Shown here one piece after another: positions 1 to 8,293 of a DNA stretch of 27,496 bases. The notes under the pieces were generated by a model. It saw only the letters and a program-made list of their open reading frames with translations. It did no database searches and was not told where the DNA came from. Source of the stretch: a virus (Duplodnaviria; Caudoviricetes); the IMG/VR virus record IMGVR_UViG_3300017785_003547, positions 1 through 27,496 of that record; one strand, given 5' to 3'. The first letter of the stretch is position 1. Each line of letters opens with the position of its first letter. Position numbers and translations under genes: made by a program.

Positions 1-672
1 AGAACTGCAGTAGCAACAAATACATTGAGAGTAGGAGGAAGCAAAGAGTTAATTGTTGCAGTTGACGGCACTGATAGGGCTTCGTTCACAACCACAGGCG
101 CGGCAATCACAGGGACTTTGTCGTCTAGCAATACATTTTCCACGTTCAATAATAGCACCCAAGAATTATGGCGTTCTGTTTGGGATGGCGGCAATACTGG
201 CGGTATTTCATCACCTTCAGGCAGAGGATTGTATTTAACGACCTCTGGAACGGCAAGCACGCAAGGTATTTTAATTGATGGCAGCGGCAACGTCGGCATT
301 GGGACGGCGAGTCCTGCATCTAGATTACACGTCACAGACTCTGGTGCAGGAGCGAGCGGATATGCTATAAAAAGCAATGGAGGTATATTAAATGGGAGAA
401 CATCAGTTAATGTTACCACCGCTGCCACTACTCTTTTTACAATGTCAGCAGGGGCTGATGGAGGGCTTTTTCTAGTTATTGGAGATGATGGGTCTAACGG
501 TTTTTCCGACATAGTAATATTCTCTTTAAATGCTGTAAGCGTTGTATCTAGCAATACATCATACGGTTCTCCTCAGGCGCGTACTTACAGTGGTTCAAGT
601 ACAGCATTTAGACTCGCGCTTGCAAGCGGCAATCTGAATGTCCGTACTGCAATGCTTATAGCTACAGCTTAA
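1..672 (+). CDS. Tail fibre / receptor-binding protein, C-terminal part (5' truncated by window edge)
   Basis: Frame 1 is open from base 1 (RTAVATNTLRVGG...) to TAA at 670-672. It is G/S/T-rich and beta-type, with the tail-fibre-type repeat IDGSGNVGIGTASPASRLHV. Confidence 0.7.
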   Translation, partial: RTAVATNTLRVGGSKELIVAVDGTDRASFTTTGAAITGTLSSSNTFSTFNNSTQELWRSVWDGGNTGGISSPSGRGLYLTTSGTASTQGILIDGSGNVGIGTASPASRLHVTDSGAGASGYAIKSNGGILNGRTSVNVTTAATTLFTMSAGADGGLFLVIGDDGSNGFSDIVIFSLNAVSVVSSNTSYGSPQARTYSGSSTAFRLALASGNLNVRTAMLIATA

Positions 673-701
673 AATGCACGCCTCGCCGCACTAGAATCCA
701 A

Positions 702-923
702 ATGAGCTACGACCCTCTCAGCATTGATGCACAACTCTCCGCTATCCTGACGCGCATGGACGCGCAGGACAAGGTGTTGGAGCAAGTGTTGGCGCAATGC
801 ATCAAGACAAACGGTCGCGTGTCGATGCTGGAGAGTTTTAAGAACGAGCTTCGGGGAAAGGTGGCGGTTTTGGCGGCTGTAATCTCGGCAATCACCGCAT
901 GGATTATCAAACGTAACGTCTAA
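702..923 (+). CDS. Small coiled-coil protein with C-terminal TM helix (XhlA/holin-like membrane protein)
   Basis: 73 aa with a heptad-like N-terminus, a hydrophobic segment VAVLAAVISAITAWII and a basic tail KRNV. Confidence 0.6.
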   Translation: MSYDPLSIDAQLSAILTRMDAQDKVLEQVLAQCIKTNGRVSMLESFKNELRGKVAVLAAVISAITAWIIKRNV

Positions 924-937
924 CAATAAAATACAAC

Positions 938-1090
938 ATGAACAACATGACACTAGATCAGGCACTCAATAACCTCTATAACGCAGCACGCATGGCTCCG
1001 CTCAACGCAGAGCAGCATGACTTGATCCGCAAGTGCGCGGAGCAGATCGCGGAGGCACTCAAACCGAAGGAAGAACCGAAGGGCGACTAG
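938..1090 (+). CDS. Hypothetical 50-aa helical protein (missing from ORF track)
   Basis: Translated by hand: MNNMTLDQALNNLYNAARMAPLNAEQHDLIRKCAEQIAEALKPKEEPKGD*. It fills the gap, and its TAG lies 2 nt before the next ATG. Confidence 0.7.
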   Translation: MNNMTLDQALNNLYNAARMAPLNAEQHDLIRKCAEQIAEALKPKEEPKGD

Positions 1091-1092
1091 CT

Positions 1093-1629
1093 ATGAGTGG
1101 CACGAAGGACACGAACTGGAAAAGCTACTGCGGCCCAGAATATGATGGGCGCATTATCGGGCCAGACAACTGGCAAGCTCCGGCTGTTCCTTCGGACTAC
1201 GACGATCTGTTCAAATGCTCAGACGTGAATGTGCTGAACGTAGTCGATCTGGATATCCCAGACGGCTCGCAGGAGGACGCGATTGATTGCGTGCGCGGAT
1301 CGCTTTATACTTTCTCAAATTGCAAGGTTCGCGGGAGCGTCACGGTGAAGGGCAGTATTAACGGCTGGACGCTGCAAGACTCGCTGGCTGACGGCTTATT
1401 AGAGTTTGGGCAGTATGACAATTACTGGTATGCGGGACGGCCACCGACCAAAGAAATCAAGATCGTGAACTGCACGTCATCGAGTGGCGGCAAGATTACG
1501 ATACGGCTTTGGGATGCCAGCTATCCGTTTGTGGCTAACACTCGGCATCGCGTTCAGCGCGTGCCTAAGTTTATTTGGTTTCCGTATTTCTGCTTCCGTA
1601 AACTTCAACAAGCAATCTTTGGCATTTAA
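1093..1629 (+). CDS. Hypothetical protein, possible short right-handed beta-helix (pectate-lyase-like)
   Basis: The ATG at 1093 (MSGTKDTNW) is preferred over 1033 because of the upstream 938-1090 ORF. It has the motif QEDAIDCVRGSLYTFSNCKV, repeated short beta strands and an aromatic/basic C-tail. Confidence 0.5.
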   Translation: MSGTKDTNWKSYCGPEYDGRIIGPDNWQAPAVPSDYDDLFKCSDVNVLNVVDLDIPDGSQEDAIDCVRGSLYTFSNCKVRGSVTVKGSINGWTLQDSLADGLLEFGQYDNYWYAGRPPTKEIKIVNCTSSSGGKITIRLWDASYPFVANTRHRVQRVPKFIWFPYFCFRKLQQAIFGI

Positions 1630-1634
1630 CTACC

Positions 1635-2033
1635 ATGCTTGACCTATTCACAAACGCACTCGGCGGTGGCGCACTCGGCGTCTTGCTCCGCATCGGCAAC
1701 GGCTTCTTCGAGAACTACAAAGCTGGGCAGGATCATAAGCGCGAGTTAGAGAAGGCAACGGTCATGGCTGGTATCGCCAGCGATAAAGCTAAGTGGGATG
1801 CGTTCACGGCAAGTCAACAGGCGGCGACTCCTCCGGCTAACGTCTCACCGTGGGCGGCTAATGTTATCACGCTCTTTCGACCCGCTATCACGTTGCTACT
1901 GCTGATACTCGTTACGCTTGTTTTCTTCCGCGTCACCGCACTTGAGCAAGCCGAGATGATCGACGAGATTCAGTTCTGCGCTTTCAACTGCATCGGCTGG
2001 TGGTTTGGAGATCGGATGAGCCGTAAGAAATAA
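1635..2033 (+). CDS. Holin, GTA_holin_3TM-like
   Basis: N-terminal Gly-rich hydrophobic segment, coiled linker, FRPAITLLLLILVTLVFF TM segment and a C-terminal GWWFGDR motif typical of this family. Confidence 0.7.
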   Translation: MLDLFTNALGGGALGVLLRIGNGFFENYKAGQDHKRELEKATVMAGIASDKAKWDAFTASQQAATPPANVSPWAANVITLFRPAITLLLLILVTLVFFRVTALEQAEMIDEIQFCAFNCIGWWFGDRMSRKK

Positions 2034-2037
2034 CTTT

Positions 2038-2301
2038 ATGAATCCACGTAATCTACCATGCAATAGTCCCAGAGGGGATGTCCAAGGAGGTAAGAAGTCT
2101 GTGGTGCGTGCATGTGCCAACGGACAATCAAAAGTCATCCGCTTTGGAGATGCTAATATGAGCATCAAGAAAGACACCCCCGCTAGAAAGAAATCCTACT
2201 GCGCCAGATCGGGTGGGATCAAAGGAGCTCAGAATAAATTAACCGCCAACTATTGGTCTCGCCGAGCTTGGGACTGTCCCTTTAGTACTCTAGATAAATG
2301 A
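2038..2301 (+). CDS. Small basic conserved phage protein (DUF5754-like)
   Basis: The pattern KVIRFGD..M.IKK..P.RKKSYCAR...KLTANYWSRRAW recalls a widespread aquatic-phage family. It has an ATGA overlap with the next gene. Confidence 0.55.
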   Translation: MNPRNLPCNSPRGDVQGGKKSVVRACANGQSKVIRFGDANMSIKKDTPARKKSYCARSGGIKGAQNKLTANYWSRRAWDCPFSTLDK

Positions 2302-4940
2302 ATCGTTATCGCAACTACGCAGCTACGGATGACCAACCAGAAATTGGTGGGGATACGTTTTTGCTAGGCGTTAACTCATACGATGCAGCAATTAACCTTC
2401 AAGCGGGTCAAGTTCAAGCTGCCACCAATATAGACTTTACCAACAGCACGGCAGCTACTCGGGGAGGTTTTGTAGCCCTTCCGGGATCTCAGGATACCGT
2501 GCTCAGTGGATCTTGGACGCCAGAGATAGCTGGGGCTGACAGCGAGTGGAATGCCGTGACCTACGGAAATGGAGTTTATGTAGCCGTAGCAGACGTTGCT
2601 GCCACGGGATTGCAGCATGTAATGACATCCACTGACGCTATTTCGTGGACCGCTCGCAATGCCTCTGTGGCCAGCACTTGGAACGCGGTGGCCTACGGTG
2701 ACGGGGTCTATGCAGCCGTATCAAATGCTGGGCTAGTTATGTCTTCCACAGACGCAATTAACTGGACCACTCGCACAGCTTCCTCGGCATCCCCTTGGAC
2801 TTCCATGACGTATGGTGCAGGGATCTTTCTTGCGGTAGCTACCGCTGGGGCATCTAGCGTAATTACCCCTCTGGTAGATGAGTCAGGAGTTTATCTGGTA
2901 GACGAGGCAGGGCAGAAGATTGTGGCCGTGGAGGCAGTTACCCCCGGAGTGGGTCAACAGATCATGAGTTCTACGGATGGCATAGACTGGGAGCCCGAGA
3001 CCGCCGCTAGCTCAGACTTATGGTCCTCGGTAGTGTATGGTAATGAGTTTGTGGCGGTAGCTACCTCGGGGGGTAGCGGTAGGGTGATGACCTCCACAAA
3101 CGGAACTACGTGGGTATCTCGCAATGCTTCTGCTAGCTTAGCTTGGAGAAGTGTTACCTACGGGAATTCCCTCTATGTAGCCGTAGCTTCCTCGGGTAGC
3201 GGTAACCGAGTGATGACATCAACTACCGGACAGACGTGGACCTCCCGCACCAGTGCATCAAACAATGACTGGTACGGAGTGAGCTACGGTAACGGAAAGT
3301 ATACCGCTGTTTCCATTACTGGTACCTCTAATCGCATAATGAGCTCAGAGGATGGCATTACTTGGGCTAGCGAGGTAAACCCCTACGACTACGAATGGAC
3401 GGCAGTTGGATTTGGTAATTCAATAACTTTTGCGGTGGCCCAGACGGGGGTTAACTACCGAGTAATGATAACCTCGGCGGTAAAAATATTGGCCTCGGGA
3501 GTTTATTCAGATCCTAACTCGGCAGGTTCTCAGTGGATCGTGGTAGCCGGAGCTAATTCAGTGGCCTTCCATGCCTACGGTCAATCAAAGCGGATAGTAT
3601 TCTACCCTGCGGGGGTGGTATTATCAAAGCAGGGTTCGTTAATTCAGGCTAATAACTATCTCTTTTTGTTTATGGGTATTGGTCAGACCCCCCTTAGGTG
3701 GGACGGAATTTGGTCGGAAGATTTTGAGGTGGTCCCAGACTCTACCGGACTTCCCGGTTTCAGTAGCATACCAGAGAGTAGCCAAGCAACCTACTACCAG
3801 AATAGATTGTGGGTGGTTAACGGTAAGGATGAGATAGCTGCCTCAGACGTACTGGTGTTTACGGAGTACGATAATATCGCTAACAGTTTTAACCTGAACA
3901 CCGGAAGTGGGGACTACGTAGTAGCCTCATATCCTTTCGGGACTAACAGCTTAGTGGTATTCAAACATAGCAGCAGCTTACTGTTGGCGAACGTGGAGGG
4001 TAGTTTGACTGATGTGACCTCAACCGAGATAATCCGCAATCTGGGATTAATTGGTATCAACGCCGTCACTAGTGTAGGCCCAGACCTAGTCTACATGAGT
4101 GATAGGAATGTCACCTCGATCAGACTAAATCTACAGAACGAACTCCAAGCATCTACCGAACCCTTATCTCGTAATATCTCAGGTATCTTGAAAAGAATAA
4201 ATTGGGAATTCGGATACAAGATAGCTTTAGCGTACTGGGATAATAAACTGTACGTATCCCTGCCGTTAGATAACTCCCATGTGTGCAACAGCATTGTTGT
4301 TTATAATTTTATTACCAAACAGTGGTACGGGGAATGGAGTTTTGATGATTCCATTAACCTAGCTATCCAAGGTTTTGTTTTAGCCAGCTATCAGGGGTCT
4401 GTTCAACTACACTGCGTATCCGAAGACGGTCGAGTATTCGTAACCGGACAAGGGCAAAACGATATCAGCGGAGCTACGGTAGCTGAGATTGCTACTTCGA
4501 TTACAACGAGAGCCTACCAGCTAAGGGATAACTCTTTCGTGCCCCGTAGAATGTACATGGACCTTTCCACTAATCGGCCAAACTTCTCGGTAACCGCATA
4601 CTCTAGCAGTGCTTCGGATGATTCATCTATCCTAACTAACCAAACTTATTCCAGAGCAACAAGTTGGTTATTTGCTGATTCTAGTTATTCTATGAATAAC
4701 TCTAACGATGATTACAATCGTTCGTTCCGTCAGGACTATTCCACTGGACCGGATAGCATACAAAGCGGAACTGGCTTCCTACCAGAGATGACCCAGAACT
4801 ATCGGTACCCCCTGATAACCCGTAAAAAGGGACTATCGGCGTGGTTTAAAGTCGTAAATTCTACGGGATTCATAGAGTTATCTGGGGTGGGCGTGGAGGC
4901 CCGTTCAGGAGATCGAGGTTCGCAAGTCCAAGTCGGCTAA
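2298..4940 (+). CDS. Tail nozzle / head-tail stabilisation-like protein (P22 gp10 / T7 gp12-like) with inserted beta-propeller
   Basis: 880 aa and beta-rich, with motifs YYQNRLWV, LVVFKHSS and WDNKLYVSLP...IVVYNFITKQW typical of podovirus tail tubular B / stabilisation proteins. It lies upstream of the ejection genes. Confidence 0.6.
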   Translation: MNRYRNYAATDDQPEIGGDTFLLGVNSYDAAINLQAGQVQAATNIDFTNSTAATRGGFVALPGSQDTVLSGSWTPEIAGADSEWNAVTYGNGVYVAVADVAATGLQHVMTSTDAISWTARNASVASTWNAVAYGDGVYAAVSNAGLVMSSTDAINWTTRTASSASPWTSMTYGAGIFLAVATAGASSVITPLVDESGVYLVDEAGQKIVAVEAVTPGVGQQIMSSTDGIDWEPETAASSDLWSSVVYGNEFVAVATSGGSGRVMTSTNGTTWVSRNASASLAWRSVTYGNSLYVAVASSGSGNRVMTSTTGQTWTSRTSASNNDWYGVSYGNGKYTAVSITGTSNRIMSSEDGITWASEVNPYDYEWTAVGFGNSITFAVAQTGVNYRVMITSAVKILASGVYSDPNSAGSQWIVVAGANSVAFHAYGQSKRIVFYPAGVVLSKQGSLIQANNYLFLFMGIGQTPLRWDGIWSEDFEVVPDSTGLPGFSSIPESSQATYYQNRLWVVNGKDEIAASDVLVFTEYDNIANSFNLNTGSGDYVVASYPFGTNSLVVFKHSSSLLLANVEGSLTDVTSTEIIRNLGLIGINAVTSVGPDLVYMSDRNVTSIRLNLQNELQASTEPLSRNISGILKRINWEFGYKIALAYWDNKLYVSLPLDNSHVCNSIVVYNFITKQWYGEWSFDDSINLAIQGFVLASYQGSVQLHCVSEDGRVFVTGQGQNDISGATVAEIATSITTRAYQLRDNSFVPRRMYMDLSTNRPNFSVTAYSSSASDDSSILTNQTYSRATSWLFADSSYSMNNSNDDYNRSFRQDYSTGPDSIQSGTGFLPEMTQNYRYPLITRKKGLSAWFKVVNSTGFIELSGVGVEARSGDRGSQVQVG
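2514..3476 (+). repeat. Seven ~45-aa Asp-box/BNR-like repeats (WxxVxYGNGx[YF]VAV...VMxSxDGxxW)
   Basis: Cores WNAVTYGNG, WNAVAYGDG, WTSMTYGAG, WSSVVYGNE, WRSVTYGNS, WYGVSYGNG and WTAVGFGNS are visible in the translation. Confidence 0.85.
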
Positions 4941-4960
4941 AAATTTAACACTTACTCACC

Positions 4961-5455
4961 ATGTCTACCGTAACCCCCGGATATACTTTTACTGGAACCA
5001 CAGATCCAATCACTTACGCAAAATTAAATTTGCTATCAACACCCACGGTTACACTGAGCGTAGCTGAGGTAACTACCGCTAGCCTAGATTCCAATATATC
5101 CATATCCGGATTAACCATAACGGCCAATACCCCGTTCATTGGCTCGGCATCTACCGAGACATACTCGGCAGCTATAGCGGTAACGATCAGCACCTCCAAG
5201 GGTAATACCCGTCTGATCACCTGTACAAACACCTCGGCATTTAGTTTAACCCCCTCGGGGGCTGGGACCGCAGGTCAGCATCTGTACTTTATTTTCCTGA
5301 CTAACGCCACAGGTGGTAACGTGGTTACCTACGCATCACCGTTCAAGAGCCTTGGCACTCAGACCCTGACTGGGGCATCCAGCCGTTTCACTTCTCACTT
5401 TATCTCCGACGGAACTTTTTGGTGCGAGGTATCTCGTACCGCAGCTCTCAGTTAA
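4961..5455 (+). CDS. Putative virion/tail structural protein
   Basis: 164 aa, T/S/G-rich and beta-strand-like; begins MSTVTPGYTF. Located in the structural operon. Confidence 0.5.
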   Translation: MSTVTPGYTFTGTTDPITYAKLNLLSTPTVTLSVAEVTTASLDSNISISGLTITANTPFIGSASTETYSAAIAVTISTSKGNTRLITCTNTSAFSLTPSGAGTAGQHLYFIFLTNATGGNVVTYASPFKSLGTQTLTGASSRFTSHFISDGTFWCEVSRTAALS

Positions 5456-5476
5456 CCAACCGAGGAACTTTTCCCC

Positions 5477-8287
5477 ATGACATACGACCAGTTACTTTCC
5501 CAATACCTACAATCCGGAAAAAGGGTAGACACCCCCGCAGAGCAGCAAGCCTTCAACACTTGGACTCAAGGTATTGCCCGCTCCACTGGAGCATCTAACT
5601 GGGAGGGAATTCCGAACGACGCCTTCACAAACCCAAGCTATACGGCAACGGCAACATCCTCAGACCCGTATGCAAATTACGTTAATAGTAATCCGGATCT
5701 GATTAGTTACTATAACAGCGCGATCAAATCCACGGGGATGTCGCTGGCAGATTTTGGTCGGTCCCACTGGACTAGCAATGGACAGTACGAAAACGGGAGA
5801 CCGGGATCTCCCGTTGCAGCTACCACGGTCTCGGGAACTCCGGTAGCTACAAACCCTGCCCCCGCTCCTACACCCGCTTCGGTGGCAACTGCTGCTCGCA
5901 GTACTCCAACCCAGCTAGAGCAGACTTGGATAAATCAGAATAGGGATGTAGCTCAGAGTACTTTTGGTACTCTCACCCCCGCTGCTGGCCAAGTTTCCAA
6001 CTTTGTAAGACAGTGGAACGCTGCTAATGGAAATGCTCCTGACGCAATAGACTCTGCCATTATCAATGAGGCTACCAATGTAGCAGCCTACGGGGCCAAC
6101 AACGTCAATCCGTTTACTGGTGGATTATATACTGATGCCGATCTATCTGCTCAATACGCCAGAGCTAACGGGGGGGTCAGACCTACGGCAGATATGCTTG
6201 CAACCTATAAGAGGGAGATCGGAGTCACCCAGACCGGAACCTCAACTGGGGTAACTCCTGCGGGGGTACCAACAACTGGTGTATCCACTGCTGCCCCCGC
6301 TTTTGCTGGGGGTGGTGGCACTACCGGACTGCAAACCAATACCTCCAATAGCGGAATCTTTACTGGACTGGGACAGTATGCCGACGGCGGACCAGCCGCT
6401 GATGGGGGGCCAGCTCCCGCCGGACTCCCCACTGTGGGAGCAGGTACCGACACGGATGCCAGCGGTAGAAACATAAACGCCGAGACCCTAGCTACCCTAC
6501 AGGCTCAGATTAATTTAGCTGGTCCACAGTACGATGCCTACCGAGCCCTTGCCCCTAAGTACGCTGCAACTGATCTATCTATTCTAGGGCAATCCCTATT
6601 TGGGCCCGGTTATCGGGGTAATAGTTATACCGATATAAACAGAGACTTAACCGCCGAAGCTGCGAACCAAACCAGATTCGGTAACACGGCTCTGCGAGCT
6701 GGGGATATTGCGGACGTTGGTGCCCTAGGCGGTCAGGTATCTGCCATTCAGCGTGCAGCTAACCCAGAGCTATACGCATCACGCAATCAAGTTGCTAACC
6801 TAACTAATCAGGGGGTTCCCCAGACCCAAGAGTTTAGGAACATGCAGAACATGGCCTATCAGGGATTTCAACAGGGTAACCCTAACAACATTCGAGAAGT
6901 CGGGCAGAACTTCTACTCCCCCATGGTTAGTAGCCCCACTCAGTTTGAGCGGGTAGGTTCTGGACAGATCCAATCACCTATGGGTGCTCAGGATGTAAAC
7001 CCATTTATGGTATCCCCAGACACCGGATACAATCAGGTTCAAGCTAACACCGCCTTTGATCGCGCCCAAGTAGATCAGAACGATGTAGGTCTGGCTTCTG
7101 CCACTCAACGTCTAGCCGAGTCCGGTGGTCCGTCAGAGTTACAGCGCACCTTAGAGCAGCAGGCCATGCAAGGTCTGGCTATGGGTCGCAGTCTTTCTCC
7201 TGAGGATATACGCAATTCCCAGCAGTCCGCTCGGGAGGCATTCGCTGCTCGCGGTCTGATCAACACCAACGCCGCTGTAGCCGCCGAGGTTCTTAACCGT
7301 GAAGCCCTCGGCAGACAGCGCGAGCAAGAACGTCAGGCTTATGCAGGTCAAGTTGAGCAGGCTGGGTATGCCCAAAGACAACAGGGCTTCCAGAACGCTA
7401 TCGGGTTATCTGATGCGTACCGTGGGTACGGTTCTCTTGGTCTTCAGGCCGCTATCCAGAATGCTAATAATCAGATGCAGGGAAACCAGTTTGGTCTTAA
7501 CGCATCCCTCGCCAATCAGTCTGCACGACAGCAAGCCAATCAGCTAGGTTTTCAGGGCATGACCGCCAATCAGGGTGCGTACATGGACGCCGCCAGACTT
7601 AATCAGGCTAGAGACCTATCGCAAAACCAACAGTACCTGACAACCGGACAATACAATCAGGACAGTGCCCTGAGAGCAGCCTTAGCTAATCAGTCTACAG
7701 GTGTTCAGATGTCCCAGTTGGGTCAACAGGCTGGGCTAGCTAATCAGCAGTCGGTGCTGGACACGAACAGACTGAACGCTGGTCAGCAGGGAGTCAATCA
7801 GCAGGCAGACCTCAACCGCAGTCAGCAGAACTTGCAGTACCTCAATAGGGCTGACGCTAACCGGATGAATATGTTCAATCAGCTTGGAACGCTGAACCAG
7901 AATGAGACTGCTCGTAGAGCTCAGGAATTAGCTCAGTACCAGCAACAGTTCCAGAATCAGATCAGCACGCAGATCGATCCTTTCCAAGGGGTACTTGGCC
8001 GATCATCCACGAACGCCGGTAATAATCAGAATCTATTCGGCCAGTCGGCAGGTACCACCGCATCCGCTGGGGCTACTCGCACGCAGTTCGATCCCTTCTC
8101 CGCTTACGGGGCTGATCTGGCTAACACCAACTACAACGCTCAGGAGGCAAGTAAGATTGCTGCGGCCAATAATGCTGCTGCTCTACAGTCTGCTAACATT
8201 CAGGCCTCGGCAACTAAGTCTGCTGGTATATCGGGTTTGTTGGGATCTCTTGGTGGGGCAGCACTTGGTAGCGCGACTCTTATGTAA
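5477..8287 (+). CDS. Putative DNA ejection / pilot (internal virion) protein
   Basis: 936 aa, rich in Q/N/A/G, with no Cys and long helical NQ repeats. The C-terminus is Gly-rich and hydrophobic (GISGLLGSLGGAALG). It follows the nozzle gene. Confidence 0.6.
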   Translation: MTYDQLLSQYLQSGKRVDTPAEQQAFNTWTQGIARSTGASNWEGIPNDAFTNPSYTATATSSDPYANYVNSNPDLISYYNSAIKSTGMSLADFGRSHWTSNGQYENGRPGSPVAATTVSGTPVATNPAPAPTPASVATAARSTPTQLEQTWINQNRDVAQSTFGTLTPAAGQVSNFVRQWNAANGNAPDAIDSAIINEATNVAAYGANNVNPFTGGLYTDADLSAQYARANGGVRPTADMLATYKREIGVTQTGTSTGVTPAGVPTTGVSTAAPAFAGGGGTTGLQTNTSNSGIFTGLGQYADGGPAADGGPAPAGLPTVGAGTDTDASGRNINAETLATLQAQINLAGPQYDAYRALAPKYAATDLSILGQSLFGPGYRGNSYTDINRDLTAEAANQTRFGNTALRAGDIADVGALGGQVSAIQRAANPELYASRNQVANLTNQGVPQTQEFRNMQNMAYQGFQQGNPNNIREVGQNFYSPMVSSPTQFERVGSGQIQSPMGAQDVNPFMVSPDTGYNQVQANTAFDRAQVDQNDVGLASATQRLAESGGPSELQRTLEQQAMQGLAMGRSLSPEDIRNSQQSAREAFAARGLINTNAAVAAEVLNREALGRQREQERQAYAGQVEQAGYAQRQQGFQNAIGLSDAYRGYGSLGLQAAIQNANNQMQGNQFGLNASLANQSARQQANQLGFQGMTANQGAYMDAARLNQARDLSQNQQYLTTGQYNQDSALRAALANQSTGVQMSQLGQQAGLANQQSVLDTNRLNAGQQGVNQQADLNRSQQNLQYLNRADANRMNMFNQLGTLNQNETARRAQELAQYQQQFQNQISTQIDPFQGVLGRSSTNAGNNQNLFGQSAGTTASAGATRTQFDPFSAYGADLANTNYNAQEASKIAAANNAAALQSANIQASATKSAGISGLLGSLGGAALGSATLM

Positions 8288-8293
8288 ACTAAG

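Noticed and set aside
670-672. Stop-codon reassignment or genome-wide readthrough
   Set aside because: TAA, TAG and TGA all terminate well-packed genes, and long ORFs are intact in the standard code.
1033-1092. Upstream GTG start for the 1033-1629 ORF
   Set aside because: It overlaps a better 50-aa ORF (938-1090); the ATG at 1093 fits the gene packing.
6380-6417. ADGGPA tandem duplication
   Set aside because: A short duplication in a disordered linker with no evidence of function.
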